NCBI RefSeq assembly: GCF_004010195.1
Contig: NC_057748.1
Location: 1,749,276 to 1,813,275, forward strand
DNA: 64,000 nucleotides
From: Chiloscyllium plagiosum
Lineage: Eukaryota
Direction: 5' to 3'
Within the stretch, counting starts at the first letter, position 1. Every line of letters begins with the position of its first letter. The position numbers and the translations under genes were made by a program. The notes under the pieces are model-generated. The model was not told the origin of the DNA and searched no databases. It saw only the letters and a program-made list of their open reading frames with translations. Below, in pieces: positions 21,101 to 35,194 of this stretch.

Positions 21101-24100
21101 TGTTTTTTTTTTCTCTCCTATTACTGGAACCAGTTCTCTGGGGACAAGTATCCAATCTATCTAGAGAACCATGCTATCCTGGGCAAAACTGAAAGACACT
21201 AATGACTTGGTGCAGTAATTTTAAATATTGGTATTGAAGCAATGTTGTATTTATGTTCTGACTAAGACTATATTTGTTTACAGGAATTTCCATAAAGATG
21301 TTTACCACTCAATTTCTTTACATCTATCCTTACTAGAAGCCTCTTTATTCTGAAGCACAGAATCCTTCCTGGTCTTGCCCTGTCCACTGATCTCTGTCAT
21401 AAGCTATAGCCTCTGAATGATGTCCTCTCAAGCTCACAGGAGGACTTTGGACCTCTTTGTCAAATTTGAATTTAAAAACTGTCTACCCTCCAGTGCTTAG
21501 TTTCTGAGGTAAATTGAGCCTCGGACTTTCTAAAAGCAGTTCCATGTCCAACGCTTGATCTTTATTTTCTGAATCATTTTAGATACCTTGGATAATAACT
21601 GTGAAAGGAGGTGTAGCCCTTAACTCCTTAAGTGTGTTGTCTGGGGCTACTGGATAGTTCACTCACCCTGACCTTCCACCTTTTTGAATTGGTGCTAATT
21701 CATTCACAGGTATCTACTGTGGGAAATGTTTCACTGGAGCTTTGGGCAGAGACATGAGGCAGAAGCCTCAGTGTTTTTATTGTGCCGAGCCTGGGCTGTA
21801 CTTATCCTGACAGTGTTTGAAGACAGTGTAGAGAGGGCTTTACTCTGTATCTAACCCAGCGCTGTCCCTGTCTCAGGAGTGTTTTATGGGGTTATTGTAG
21901 AGGGAGCATTACTCTGGATCTAATCCTGTTCTGTATCTTGCCCAAGGAGAACTGGGAAATGCTATTATTAGGTGGTTATGATCAGAATTCATTGAAGCAT
22001 AATGTCTCTCAAATTAACAAATACAAACTTCTGGTTTAAATGTAACATTGAAGTTTGAAGTACATTCTGTGATAATGAAAGAGGAGGACATGATTGTGCA
22101 GAAGTTGCTGCAAGTGTTGGCAGATGTGATGTTGTATTGACCCCAATCTTTAGGGTAGTTGGTAGTTCTAATGAAGGGGACTAAAAGCATATCCATATTT
22201 GGGATTAAATGTATGTGTGCACATGTAGAGATAAGGATGGGTTCTGTGGTTTTCTCTCTGAACATGTCTGACATGGAGTCTGGCCCACTGGCAGCTGTTG
22301 CTCCAGTGTTGCAATACTTGAATATAAAAGTGTGACTGGAATCTGGAAACAGTCCAGTGTGGTCTCCAATGCAGTTGACAGGGAAGAGTTTAAAACCTAG
22401 AGCAGGTAAAATCAGAGCCTGTGGGAAATGTAACAGTCAGCAGCTGAGAGACCTGTCATAACAGCCAATTTTAAAGAGTTATATGTTTTGGAGAGCTGAA
22501 TGTTGCAGGAAATGGGGCCTGAAACAGTTGCTGCATTGTGTATCTTGCAGCTCAAATTGGTGTCAAAGCAAAGTCATGATTTTTTTTTTGAGTAGTGAAG
22601 GTAACATTAACTGATCTTTGAACCAGGCTGTCAAATCGAATCTGCTAAAGGGCAACTTGGCCAATTTTGAGTGGTGACTCCTCATATGCCCTGTGGTGTA
22701 ACGGACTTTGTAAACAGACCTATATGCTGGTTTCTATGAAAATGAATTATTCCCATTCCGTCCTGATCACCTTACCTGCAAAGCACCCCTCTCGATCTAT
22801 CCTGTTTGATGATCTTTCTCCTCTTATGTGTAGGTTTCTGATTCATGAATGCCTCTACAGCAATAGAGAGGCATTCAGATTCTCTTGGAAAATCTGCTCT
22901 GTACCTCCTTTTACTTCATGCACTGCACTGCAGTGGTTCAGAAGATATGTTCTGTGTTTTATTTTTGTAAAACTTTACAACATTTGAAGGGACCTGGACA
23001 TCATCTGCCATGTACACACTTGTGTCTGTGCTGCGGTATTGTGCAGAAATGGAGGTTACTAAGAGCCATCAATTTAATTTCCTGCCCCTGTGTTGAAAGC
23101 AGCCACTGGTCTAAACTCCTTTGGCCAAGTGAGGGAAAGGCCTAAACTGTTCAGACCAGTAGGACCCTTAGCTTCCCAGACTGTGCTGGTTTAGCTCATC
23201 CGTCAACTGTGGGCAGCAGGTTGGGATGGAATAGCAGCCCAGATGGGCACATCTCATCCTGGCTTTCCATGTTGCCATCAGCCAGTGTCAAGACTCTTCA
23301 ACTCTCGATATCTGTTCAATGGCTGTCTCCTTCCCACACGTATCATTTGCTTTCTTGAGTTCACGCAGGGCAAAGTCTTCCACAGGGTCAGAGGTGCGAA
23401 TTGCAATCGCTTGGAGATGAACAGGTCCCTTCAATTTAGACATTGGTAAAATTTAGACATCCAAAGAATTTATTTTGTAGTGTATCATATGCATTAATTT
23501 ATTATTCATGAGTATTTATGTATAAATATATTTTACCGTATTGTAACCTGGAGTACAAGAATCAACACTCATTTTTACTTGGTGCAGTCATAGTGTATTC
23601 TAACATAATTGGACTTTGTGTCCGTATACAAACTATGCATGTGGAATTATTTAAGAACTGGTTTATTCCTGAACCCCATTATTGTTTTCTTAGATGATGC
23701 CATGAGTATTTTGGAAGGATTGTTTATACTCACTGCTAGTGTTGCTGTACAGTGTAGTTAATGTTTCTAGTATTGTTGATGCATTGGCTCTGATATTTCT
23801 GGACTGTAGCAAGTGTTATTTGGTGCCCAGTTGCTGTTGGTTTGAACTATGGTTGAGGGATAGACTGTTACTATAATATGTTGGGGAATTGTCTGTTATG
23901 AAATAATTCAGTAATTATGAAAATGGAATGTTACCCTTCCCTTTGCTGCACTGTTAATATTCATTAATCCTTATCTGCTGCCCTGTTGTCCTGCAACAGT
24001 ACTTAACCAGTGTCAGATCGCAACCAGACCCCATACAAGTTGAGAGAACTGCATGTGGGTTGTGGAGCAATAGCTTTAAGCAGTAATTCAGAATTTGATT

Positions 24101-24280
24101 TTAAATCCCACTGTCTCCTGCTCTACACAGTGCCATATTTCTCTTGGGCACCAGAATCATTGCTACAGTCCTCATCTTTTACTGTAGATATCCAGTTGTT
24201 TTTTAAAGAAAGTATTAAACCACTTTGGCCAGATTAACTGTACCTGCGAAAATAAAATTGTGAACCTGTCCTATATCAAT
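18136..24280 (+). other. Probable long (~6.1 kb) 3'UTR of the epsin-family gene
   Basis: Repeat-poor, U/GU-rich stretch after the stop, ending at AATAAA 24251-24256 followed by U-rich sequence. Confidence 0.5.
24251..24256 (+). terminator. Candidate polyadenylation signal AATAAA (epsin-family gene)
   Basis: AATAAA lies at the end of the repeat-poor region, with downstream U/GU-rich elements. Confidence 0.5.
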
Positions 24281-24677
24281 GCTTCTTTTAACTTAAAACC
24301 AGTTTTGGCAGAATTTCGGTGGTGTTTTAATGCAGGATGCACCTGTGACTGCTTTATTAGTGGGGTGTGTTCATTTTAAAAAAAAGTCAATAGTGGTACT
24401 GTACAGTGTTTTTGTGGCAGATCAGTTTACCTAGCAGCATCACTAGACACCTGAGAGATCCGTGCAATATCACCTAAATGATATTCCCATTCTTTACAGT
24501 TATGATATTAGTTTGTTTATTTTTAAATCTTATTAAAACAGCCTATAATTTGTACTAGCCCTGTTTTTTCCCCCCCAGTAGTTGTACATCTTAGTGAAAA
24601 GTGACATGCCTGGAGTAGATGCAGTACTCCCACTTGAGGCCCAACCAATTTTTTAAGCTCAACATTGATGTCCTTGT

Positions 24678-24985
24678 GCACAGTAGCTAGCACTGATGCC
24701 TTACAGCGCCAGAGACTATTCCATCCTCGGGTGACTGTCTGTCTGCCTTGAGTCTGCATTCTCCCCCTGTTGCTATGTGGGTTTCCTCCCACAGGTCAGA
24801 GCTGTGCAGTTAGATGGATTTGCTATACTCAATTGCCCATAGTGTCCAGCAATTAAGCAGGCTGGGTGGATTAGCTATAAGAAATGCAGGGATAGGGTGG
24901 GAGGCTAGGGCTAGATGGGATGCTGTTTGGAGGGTCAGTGTGGACTCAATGGGCCAAATGGTGTCCACACTCTAAGGATTCTATT
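24678..24985 (+). mobile_element. HE1-like SINE, diverged
   Basis: gcacagtagctagcactgatgccttacagcgccagagac...tgggtttcctcccacag...gggtcagtgtggactcaatgggccaaatgg. Confidence 0.75.
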
Positions 24986-26201
24986 GTATATGCTATTCTA
25001 CTGTGTGTCCCTATTCATAAGCATCTTAGGCTTTATTAACCATACCCTCATTCTGCCAACTTTTAAGGAATGATTACACATGGATGAAAAAGCAAGGTGG
25101 TAATGAGTAACCGTTTTAAAACGAAGTGATTGTAGAAGAAATTCCAGAACTTGGGGCCTAGGCAATTGAAGGTACAGCTGACAAGCTTGGACCAATTTTA
25201 TTTGGGAATGCATGAGAGAACAGAAAAAAAGGAAGTGAAAAGAGTGTGTTCTGGTGCTAGAGAAGATGAGAATTTTAAACCAAGACTTTCTTTGAAGAGA
25301 GTCAACATCTATCATTGAACACAAGGGAGATAGCTTTAACTTGTGTTGCTCTGAAGTCAGGCAATGGCTCTGGGAGGGTAGACTGCAGAAGGCCCACAAT
25401 TCATTTCTTCCTGCACAACTGCCACAAATCCATTTATGCACAATGCTGTCCAACTTGAGTTACTGATACCAGCTACACTTGCAGTTTCAGTAGAAACCAC
25501 CAAATATTCACACACACTGCTCATGTGCAATATTTCCCCATGCAGCCACTGATTAAAAACATAGCATCACCATAAACAAATTTCCACACATTCTGCAGCT
25601 AGTACTGACTGTGACCCCCAAATATTCAAAGCTGTTTAGTCAATACAACAGGCTACCATTGGGTCAGAGATATCATAACATTCAAATAGGTATTTTCTCA
25701 TAATAGGCCTCCTGGCGCAGAGGTAGGGATACTACCACTGCACAACAGCCCTTCCAAGGAAGTAGACACTTTTTTTATTAACAAAATCAACCTGTTCAGG
25801 GATGTTAACATAACTTTAGTGCCGCTGAGACTCCAATGCGGGCCTCTAGGAATAGAGATGCCTGTGCCACAAGAGTCAAAAGTGTGGAGCTAGAAAAGCA
25901 CAGCAGATAAGGCAGCATCTGAGCAACAGGAGAATCAATGTTTTAGACAGAGGACCTTCATCAGAAATGTGCCAAAAGAGCCTTTCAGGGGTATGGAAAA
26001 TCCTACTGTCTAAATACTTTTCTGATAGATCAGTGGACACATTAGAAGTTCATTGAAATAACTAAACAAAACTGCACCTCAAGTGGCAAATGGATCAACC
26101 TCAATGAAGCAGAATTATTTTAATGATGAACATAGCACAATGCCCCACAGTAAGAACAAAGGGAAAGACTGACACCTTCAGGTTGTGTCAGTTCTCCATG
26201 T

Positions 26202-26495
26202 CTAGATCAGAGTGGTGCCACAAAAGAACAGATCAGGCAACATGGAGGAGCAGGAAAATTGGTGTTTTTGGTAAAAGCCCTTCAGCTGGAATCCCCTGCT
26301 TCCTTTGGCTTTGTTATCGTGCTGCTTGTTAAAATACAGTGTTGCACATTGCTGTATTTTTTGAAAATTCCTGATGAAGGGTTTTTGCCCCAAACACCAT
26401 TTTCCTGCTCCTTGGATGCTGCCTGACCTGCTGTGCTTTTCCAGCACCACCCTAATCCAGACTGATTTCCAGCATCTGCAGTCCTCACTTTTGCC
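26202..26495. repeat. Inverted pair of Penelope-type terminal repeats (degenerate hammerhead cores)
   Basis: The left arm 'tagatcagagtggtgc...' mirrors the right arm 'ttcctgatgaagggtttttgcccc...cagcatctgcagtcctcacttt'. A further arm is at 25880-25968. Confidence 0.6.
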
Positions 26496-26790
26496 CAGTT
26501 CTCCATGTGCCTACAGAACTACAAACTACTTCAGGAAGGATGTTGCCAGAAGTGGAGGGTTTGAGCTATAGGGATAGGTTGGGGCCATTTTCCCTGGAGC
26601 AAAGGCTGAGGGCTGACCTTATAAAATCATGACAGGTATGGATATGGTAAATAGCCATGGTCTTTTACCTGGGTGGGGGCAGAAAAAAAACAGTCTGAAA
26701 CTAGAAAATAGGTTTAAGATGAGAGGAAAGATTTAAATCTGGAGGGGTACATGAATAGGAAGGGTTTAGAAGGATAGGGCCAAATGTTGT
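26496..26790 (+). mobile_element. Degenerate CR1 LINE fragment
   Basis: 'aggaaggatgttgcc...gagggtttgagctatagggatagg...ggctgacctt...tataaaatcatg' is typical of the CR1 RT 3' region. Confidence 0.6.
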
Positions 26791-29046
26791 AATCAGGCCC
26801 CACAGGAATTAGATACCAACTCTGGTTGTTTCCCCTACTATGAACTTCACACTATTTTAAAGTTGTTTCAAAACTCACTGCACAATATGATGCAAAATAT
26901 TGACGGATTCTTGTCAAATCAACACCTCAGCTCTGTTGCTCGGGTAAGTAAAAGGTTGATCATTGATCTGAATGTTACTTTATTTCCTTTGTCTACTCTT
27001 TTATTCTTTCACAGGTTATGGGTAACAGTTGTTGCCCTGTACAAAATAGAGGTATGAAAACTTCAATGATAGCCTTGAGCAGAACCTGAAAACCAGAACA
27101 TTTCTAACATTGGGAGAGAAGTTCCTCTTCATGGATAATGCATAATAGAATTTCAGACTTATTTTTAAACTTCACCAGTAGTGCTCCACCCTTGCCACCA
27201 TCACCCACATCTTTATTTAAAAATGTTCTCTTTCCTTTCCATTCCACTCCTACTCTTTCTTCCTCTTCCAAATAAAGAAAGCATACACACCAGTATTATA
27301 GGATGGGCTGAATGGCCTGTTGTATATTTTACATAATCCTGTGGAAAGTTTACCTTTGTGTAAATTGTTACATGTTTACAACGTACATGCTTGACATCTA
27401 GTGACAGAATGGAATACACTGAACAAGATGGGTTTGAACATTTGAGAGAATGAATTCTTCCAACTAGAGTCTTGTGGACCAAGAGTTAAAACAGCCAATT
27501 ATTTAAATGTTTATATTATGAGAGAAAAACCAAACATTTGTCTTGGCACAGAAGATCACTAAAGGTGGCAAGTATTTCAGGTAAAGCATCTTTAATTAAC
27601 TGGATGCTTGTTACACATACCCTGAAAGAGGAATACACACCCTTCCATTACTCTTCAAATTGACCAACCTAGTTTGGCACCAGACAAAAGGATTACAGAG
27701 GCCTACTGCTCATATGGGAGCAGTAGAATTTCTTCATGCTTTTCTTCCCCTGAATTTTCTCAATAGCTGCTTTGGTAGAGACAGCCAAGGTGCTTATAAA
27801 GTTGAAATGGGAGGTTTTTATACAGGCTAGGGAGAGAATGGCCCGGGGTGGGGGGGAGGGGCAGATCAAGTTTGATGTGGGGACAGGTGAAAACTAATGA
27901 ACACTAGAACCAGGTCCCATGACATCCAATGTGAGGAGACCAAGACCTGGTTCAGTGGGCATTAAGTTTATTCTCCTGAACAAGACTGTCGTTCAACTCA
28001 TCCAACCAACACAAAAGTCAATTATGTTTGAGGGTGGGGAAAAAAATTCACATTTCAAGCAATGTTAACCCAGTCCCAGATGTAGATATGATCAGTTACG
28101 AGTTGAGATTTGCATGCCAGCTTCACCTGTTCATGCTCACATCTAAACAAGCTCTAAATAACATCAGGACAGACATTAAAAATGTTTGAACAGGGAACGC
28201 ATTCGAAAAGATTTAGGGCACAGCAGTCTCAAAAAAGCTTTTATGGACATCCCCCAGATTTACTCACTTTGCTACAGAACAGGTTTGAGGCAAGATTGTA
28301 CCATCTTTAAAAACAGACATGAGGATGACAAAGCTGTGTCTGCACTTCCTACAACCAATGATATGGCTACAAGATCCCAAACACCAATTGGGAGTTGATT
28401 TTTTTTCATAACTTAACATGACAATAGATTTGTCATCCTCTCTCAGCAACAGACTTAGTTTATTGACCTTAATGCAGCACCTATTACAGGGATCTCTCAA
28501 TAATACCTGGAGCTTGTTGACCTCATTGGCAATTCAAACCAAAAATCAATAAAACCAATAATTTATAATTTATTTAGATCACAGCCAAGCAATCGGCAAG
28601 AGACCAAATGAACCAATAGCCAGGCCCAATCTAATTAAAAGACAAGGGAAGGAATAACTTGTAAAATTGAATACTGAGAGAGAGAGCACGCATGACAGCC
28701 TGGTTGCATTTATCTTGCACATTTTCAGCTCAACCAAAGCAAACTTTTGATTATTTTTAACTTTATATTAAAAAAATGGTATATGCATAAAATTCAAAAG
28801 ACACATTAACAAGCTTGAAATGCATCAGTCACTGTTTTCAAATGGTTTAAAATGTAAAACCCATTCAAAAAATGCTTTTAAGTAAAACAGAACAGTGTCC
28901 ATGTCACTTCCTGATTGGCTCCAGACACTTCCATAATTCTTTAGGATAATCAGAGAGGGAGGGAGATAGAGAGGAGGGGGGAAAAAGCAAGGGAGAGAGA
29001 GAGAGTTTCTCCTTGTGTTGCTCCTTGCTGTAGTCCTGTTTTGCGT

Positions 29047-29136
29047 CTAGTAGCCGCTAGCTGGAGTCACTGCTGCTCCCTGTGATTTCACCTTGTGTCG
29101 CTGGCCTCCCCGTCTTCTCCCTCCGCCACCTTTGGG
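29047..29136 (-). CDS. GTPBP1: GTPBP1 last coding exon ([29 protein letters not shown])
   Basis: ccaatcag| acceptor. Matches the conserved C-terminal [16 protein letters not shown]. The TAG stop is at 29049-29047. Confidence 0.92.
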   Translation of the reverse strand, partial: PKGGGGRRRGGQRHKVKSQGAAVTPASGY

Positions 29137-29861
29137 CTGATTGGAAATCAGAGATTTGTTAAAACACCAAGAATTCTTTTAATGAAGCTCATTTGTCCAG
29201 CAGACAGTAGACACCAGTAAATTAAAGACCCCTTCCTCACCTGAGCACTTTTGCCAAACACACTTAGTAACAGCTGTGCACCCCTGTCCCTATACAAATA
29301 TCAGCACTTACTTTGGACACTCCCCAGGACTCTGTCACAAAGCATCACCAGTCGAGTGTCTCATGTTTCTGACTCAGGTCTATGCTGGAAATCTTAAAAC
29401 CTAATAAGCCTGCCCCCAAATAAGTTACAACTCCGTTTTATTCATGTCAGATGAATAATTAACTTTGACTCTATCTTTTATAATTTACTGGTTTTATTAC
29501 AAATTTTTAGCAAATGCAGCATTCTGCTGTTTTAAAAAAAAGTGCTTCACATTCTTTCCCCTCCTTTCCAAAAGACACTTCTGCTTTGATAGAGTACAGA
29601 ACAGCCACAATGGGCTGAATGGCCTCCTGAATCTCTCCTTATCATATGCTGGAGGGGAACATCAGAATCCTGCCTGATTTTGCTGCAGTTTTTCCCAACT
29701 CCACAGCCAGCTGCAGGACATTACTGACATCAGCACAGACTGGGAATGGATTCCCCCCCCCTTGCTTCACTGACTTTGAGGAGGAAGCTGACTGCAGGTT
29801 TCTCGATCAATGGAGTCTGGCCAAACCATTGTGCTAACACCACACAAATCCATGCAGCTAC

Positions 29862-29912
29862 CTTGTTTTTCTTATTAATATCTGGATTCTGTTTATCCTC
29901 TTCTGAAGGCAT
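29862..29912 (-). CDS. GTPBP1: Candidate extra/cassette GTPBP1 exon (MPSEEDKQNPDINKKNK), 51 nt, phase 0-0
   Basis: Long polypyrimidine tract plus tttcag| acceptor and AAG|gtagct donor. Frame-preserving between exons 11 and 12. Confidence 0.55.
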
Positions 29913-30148
29913 CTGAAAGCCGTGCAGCAAGAGAAAGCAAAGAGACAGACAACATGAGCAGACAAGACAGCCAGAGACAAAACCTGCAACAATCACCAAC
30001 AAAAATTTGGATGCATCAGCACCAGTGACGCTTTTACTGTGTTATGGCACAGGCTTTAGTGAGTGTGCACAGCTTGGAGCTTTGCATCACTGTTGGGTGT
30101 AAAATATAGCAATGCAACCTGAAAGAGTTCCAGGGCACCCTGACCTAC

Positions 30149-30328
30149 CTGCGTTTGGCTCAGTGTGTACAGAGCTGGCACCTGTCCCGAAGACAGACCC
30201 TCCTCGGCAGTTGTACCACTTGCTGCCGACACTTCCTCCTTCTTCAATAAGGCCCCTTTCTTTGTTGACTGCATCTTCAGCTGGAGTGGTTTGGTGTTCG
30301 ATGGTGATGTGTTCGTGGTCTGGATTAA
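30149..30328 (-). CDS. GTPBP1: GTPBP1 exon 11 (LIQTTNTSPSNTKPLQLKMQSTKKG...SQTQ)
   Basis: ctag| acceptor and CAG|gtaggt donor. KMQSTKKG is conserved. Confidence 0.88.
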
Positions 30329-31224
30329 CTAGTTTTCAAAATAAACCCGGGTGAACAGTTATAATCTACTCCATTTGGTCAATTAGGACATTTCTCAGTA
30401 GTTTATCCAATGCTGCTTCCTGTTCCCCGAGATCTAGGTTCCTCTCTCAAATCCATAACATGCTTAAACAACAAACACGAGTCACCTCATCCAGGGGATA
30501 ACAAACCTACAGGAACCAGATACAATATTTCCACCCCATTTTAGTCCAGTCAGGTATTTCAACTCAAATGAAGGTTATTGCAGTAACAGAAAATGTTGAA
30601 TTAAATAAATTGTCACAATGATGTGTCAATCAGCTGATTCAGCTCTGTGAGCTAGATGAGAGACTGTAGGTAACCTTTGTTCCTGGTGTGGTATGGGATG
30701 AAACAGTGATAGCACCCTTTCACAGATTAGTGAAAATTGTGCCCAGTCACAGTCAGGGTGGTCTTCAAACTGGGGTTCAGAGGGTTAAACTGAGGACAAG
30801 TTGTACAAACTCGCCCTCTATTCCTTCAAGGTTAGAGTTCGACTGGCAATCTATGGCAGGAGTTTAAATGTTACTAATGGTTTGAAAGGGGGAAATCACA
30901 AATGAGAACAGAACATTCCAACGCAGTACAGGCCCTTTGGCTCTCGATGTTGCGCTAACCTGTGAAACTAATCTGAAGCCCATCTAACCTACACTAATTT
31001 GAACCACAAAGCTCTTCACTAACAAGGCAAACGGAAACACTTCCTGGCAAAAAGCCAGCACTTGGAGACATAGAATAACTACAAATAGGAGGGTAAAAAT
31101 CAGTCCTCTAATCAAATGGCAGTTTAGGCTTTGAGGGGCTGAATGGCCTTTTTTTCCTAGTGATGCTGTTTGGGTTTAGGGCAGGAAAAGGGAACCAAAG
31201 AGCTTCCTTCAAACAATCAAATAG

Positions 31225-31670
31225 AGAGTCATACAGCATGGAAACAGACCCTTTGGTCCAACCAGTCCATGCTGACCATAATCCCAAACTAAATTAGTCT
31301 CAACCATCTGCATTTGACCCATATCACTCCAATCTTGCCTATTCATGAACTTATCCAAATGTCCTTTAAACATTACTAAACATCCTTTGGAAGTTTATTC
31401 CGTGCATGACCCACCCTCTGTGTTTAAAAAAAAATTTCCCCTAGTGTCTTATTGAAATCTCTCTCCTCTCACCTTAAAAACATGCCTCTAGTCTTGAAAT
31501 CCCCCATCCAAGGGAAAAGAAAAACCACCTGCCATTCACCTTTTCTAAGTCCCCCATGACTTTATATACCTCTAGAAGATCACCCCACAACATTTTATGC
31601 TCCAGTGAAAAAGGTCTCAGCCTTATAACTCCAACCCTCCACACCCAGCAATATCTTGGTAAATCTCCTT
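31225..31670 (-). mobile_element. CR1 LINE 3' fragment
   Basis: Begins with the reverse-complement tail 'gagtcatacagcatggaaacagaccctttggtccaacc', followed by CR1-like sequence. Confidence 0.7.
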
Positions 31671-31766
31671 GGGAGCAGGACTACAAACCAGAGGCTGATA
31701 AAGGCCTCTTCAGAGCCTAGAAAACATCACATTTGGGGCTGCTGCAATGAACAAATGGGAGATTTA

Positions 31767-32198
<432 letters not shown>

Positions 32199-32658
32199 TC
32201 AAAGCACTTTACAGCCAAGAAGTAAAGTGTATTTAAAGTGTAGACATTAGTTGTTTTGTGGAAACACCGCAGTCAATTTATACAAAACAAGATCCCACAA
32301 AGTGTCAGTGCTTATCATTTTTCCAAAACTGATACTGGATATTAAATATTAGGCAGAATACTGAAAATCTTCTTCAAAAATAGTGCCATAGAATCTTTCA
32401 CATGCACACAAGACAACAAACTGGGTCCACACTTCAGTGTTTCACTAAAACACAAGAATGAACTTCAGTACTGTGCCAAGGCACGGCAGCCTGCATGATG
32501 ATGTGGTCATATTTCTGGAGTGGGCTTGATGTGACCCCCCTCATTGTGGATCATTAACTCCTCCCCCCTTTGAGTCACCAAAGGAAGTTGATGAGAAATG
32601 TTAATTTCTGAGAAGCAGTACACTCAGCACACAGAGGTTCCACCTCCAGTTGGCTTAC

Positions 32659-32794
32659 CCATAGCCTGGTAGCGAGGGCTGATGGTTGTTGGATGGTGCA
32701 ATACAAGAATTTCTCCCTCGAACTCCCAGGACGCCTGAGGATTAAGTTTTGGAGAAACCATCACCATTCCCTTTCTGATGGATGAACGCTTAAT
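32659..32794 (-). CDS. GTPBP1: GTPBP1 exon 9 ([15 protein letters not shown]...PRYQAM)
   Basis: Within ORF 32624-32923; ccccag| acceptor and G|gtaagc donor. Confidence 0.95.
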
Positions 32795-33281
32795 CTGGGG
32801 GTGGGGGAAAGAGGAATTAGGTTCCATATCTTTGGACAGTGGTGGGAATTTTGTTAAAGCACAAAGTGCATTTGTTTCAATATTCTCAGAATACAGACAA
32901 AAATTATCTGCACAGAATGGCATATTTTAGGTTATGATTTTTTAAAAATAAAACTCCTTCAGATATGGGGTGTTGCTTGCTGGGCCAGTATTTATTGTCC
33001 ATCCCTAGTTGCCTTGGGGAAGGTTCTGGTGAACCACATTGAACTATTGCAGTTCACCCTGATCCACACAGTGAACCACTTGCAACATGGGGGAAGACGA
33101 AACCTCCCATCCCCTTTACAAATTCACTTCCAAATGCCTTTTGATTTGTGTCCTGCCTCATTAGGCAACTAAGTTAAACGTCTTATTAACTGCAAATATT
33201 CGTAACTTCCCTATGTGTTGATCCTCACTTTGTAACACAATATACTTCAGTTTTAGGCCTTTCAAGCTGGCACAGTGGTAA

Positions 33282-33412
33282 TTCCTGATCAAGGGCTTAT
33301 GCCCAACATGTCGACTCTCCTGCTCCTTGGATGCTGCCTGACCTGCTGTGCTTTTCCAGCACCACACTTTTCAACTCTGACTCTCTAGCACCTGCAGTCC
33401 TCACTTTCTCCC
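33282..33412 (+). repeat. Penelope-type terminal-repeat fragment (degenerate hammerhead)
   Basis: ttcctgatcaagggcttatgcccaacatgtcgactctcctgctccttggatgctgcctgacctgctgtgc. Confidence 0.6.
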
Positions 33413-33447
33413 AGTGGTAATGTCACTGGACTAGCAATCCAGGACAA

Positions 33448-34030
33448 TCATACCAGCATGGAAAGACCCTTCCGTCTAACTAGTCCACGCCAAGCATAAT
33501 CCCAAAACTAAACTAGTCCCAACTGCCTGCACTTTGGCACATGTCCCTCCAAACCTTTCCTATTCATGTATTTGTCCAAAAATGTCTTTTAAATGTTGTA
33601 ACTGTATTCACATCCACCACTTCCTTTGGCAGTTCACTCCATACACAAGCGACATAAAATAATTGCCCCTCGTGCCTTTTTAAAAATCTTTCTCCACTCA
33701 TCTTAAAATTGTGCCATCTAGTCTTGAAATTCCCCACTCTGGGGAAAAGACACTTACCATTCCCCTTCTCCATGCCCCTTGTGATTTTATAACCCTTCAA
33801 CCTCCTGCATACCAGTAAAACAAGTGCCAGCCTATCTTGTAACTCAAAACCCTCCATGCCCAGCAACATCTCTTCTGAACTCTCCATCTTAATAACATCC
33901 TTACTATAACTGGGTGACCAGAACTGGACAGAGTACTCCAGAGGAGGTCTCACTAACATCCTTTACAGCCTCAACATGACATCCCAATTCCTATACTCAA
34001 AGGTCTGAGCAATGAAGACAAGTGTACTGA
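33448..34030 (-). mobile_element. CR1 LINE 3' fragment
   Basis: ORF 33564-33959 (LVRPPLEYSVQFWSPSYSKDV...CLFPRVG...WSELP) matches the CR1 RT C-terminus. Confidence 0.85.
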
Positions 34031-35011
34031 ACACCTTAACATTAGTTCGGAGAATTGATGGAGACAATTGAATTCAACAAAATCTAGAATAAAAACTGGC
34101 TCAATGTGGACCATGGAACTACTGTCAATAATTATAAAACCTACCTGGATCACTAACATTCTTTTGCTAAGAAAATCTCCTGTTTGTACCTGGTCTGGCC
34201 TACATAAGACATCAAGAGCAAGGTGGGTGATTCAAACTGTCCTTTGTGGATGATGTATCTTCCTCATTTACGTTTTCCCTTTGGCAAAGTTTCTCCTTTG
34301 GACGTTTTATTAAACCAAACCAGAAATGGTTGCCCTGGCCAACCTATCCTTTGAGTCCAGGGCTAGCAACAAGGGTTGATCCTCAGGACCATATTGGTCA
34401 ATATCATGATCCAACTATTCATAAACAGCTACCATAACTGGAGAGGTTATGGCTGTCGGGAAATGATCCATTCAATCCGTCTCCTCTTATGGAGAAGACA
34501 GCCGCAGGCCAAGTGGTGATTTAAGAGTAATATTTAAAATTTTGAAAGAGGTTTGACGGGGTAAAGAATCCAAAATAACAGCTAACTTCTAAAAAGATAG
34601 TCACTGATGAATTCAATCAGGAATTCAGGAAAAAAAAGTCTTTCCCTAGAGGAATCGGTGAGAAATGTGCAAATAGCTACCATAGGGAATAGGCAAGGAA
34701 ACTAACCAAGCAGGTAAATGTCAGCTCAATCATCAGGAGGGAGGGCAAGAGAAGAGGCTCACATAGAACACTGACATGACCATGCATCAGTTCAGCTGAA
34801 TGACCTGTTTGTGTTGTAAAATCTCTAGACTTTTGTAATTTTTATTTAAAAAAAAAGGAGTTGTATGGTGCTGCTTGTATGGATTAGTAACTGTATAGTA
34901 TTGAGAAAATGGGCATTTGATCTGTTTACATGAATAATTTCTGGAGGGACAAGACAGAACATTAACAGCAAGCAGTAACCAGAGGAGAGAGAGAAAAAGT
35001 GTGTTTTGTAC

Positions 35012-35194
35012 CTTCTTCAGAGCGAAGGATGCAGTTTGGCCACCTCGTACTTCCCGGACTGGCATTCGTTTCCTGTGGATTGATTTTACCGCGATGGGCA
35101 TGAAGTTCCCCAGTGGGTCAGGTCCTAGAAGTAATGTGTCATTCAAACGGATCAAACCTCTTAGCGTTGTTCCAGATACCACTGTCCCAACGCC
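35012..35194 (-). CDS. GTPBP1: GTPBP1 exon 8 ([13 protein letters not shown]...[11 protein letters not shown])
   Basis: Within ORF 34787-35182; ttccag| acceptor and AAG|gtacaa donor. Confidence 0.95.
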
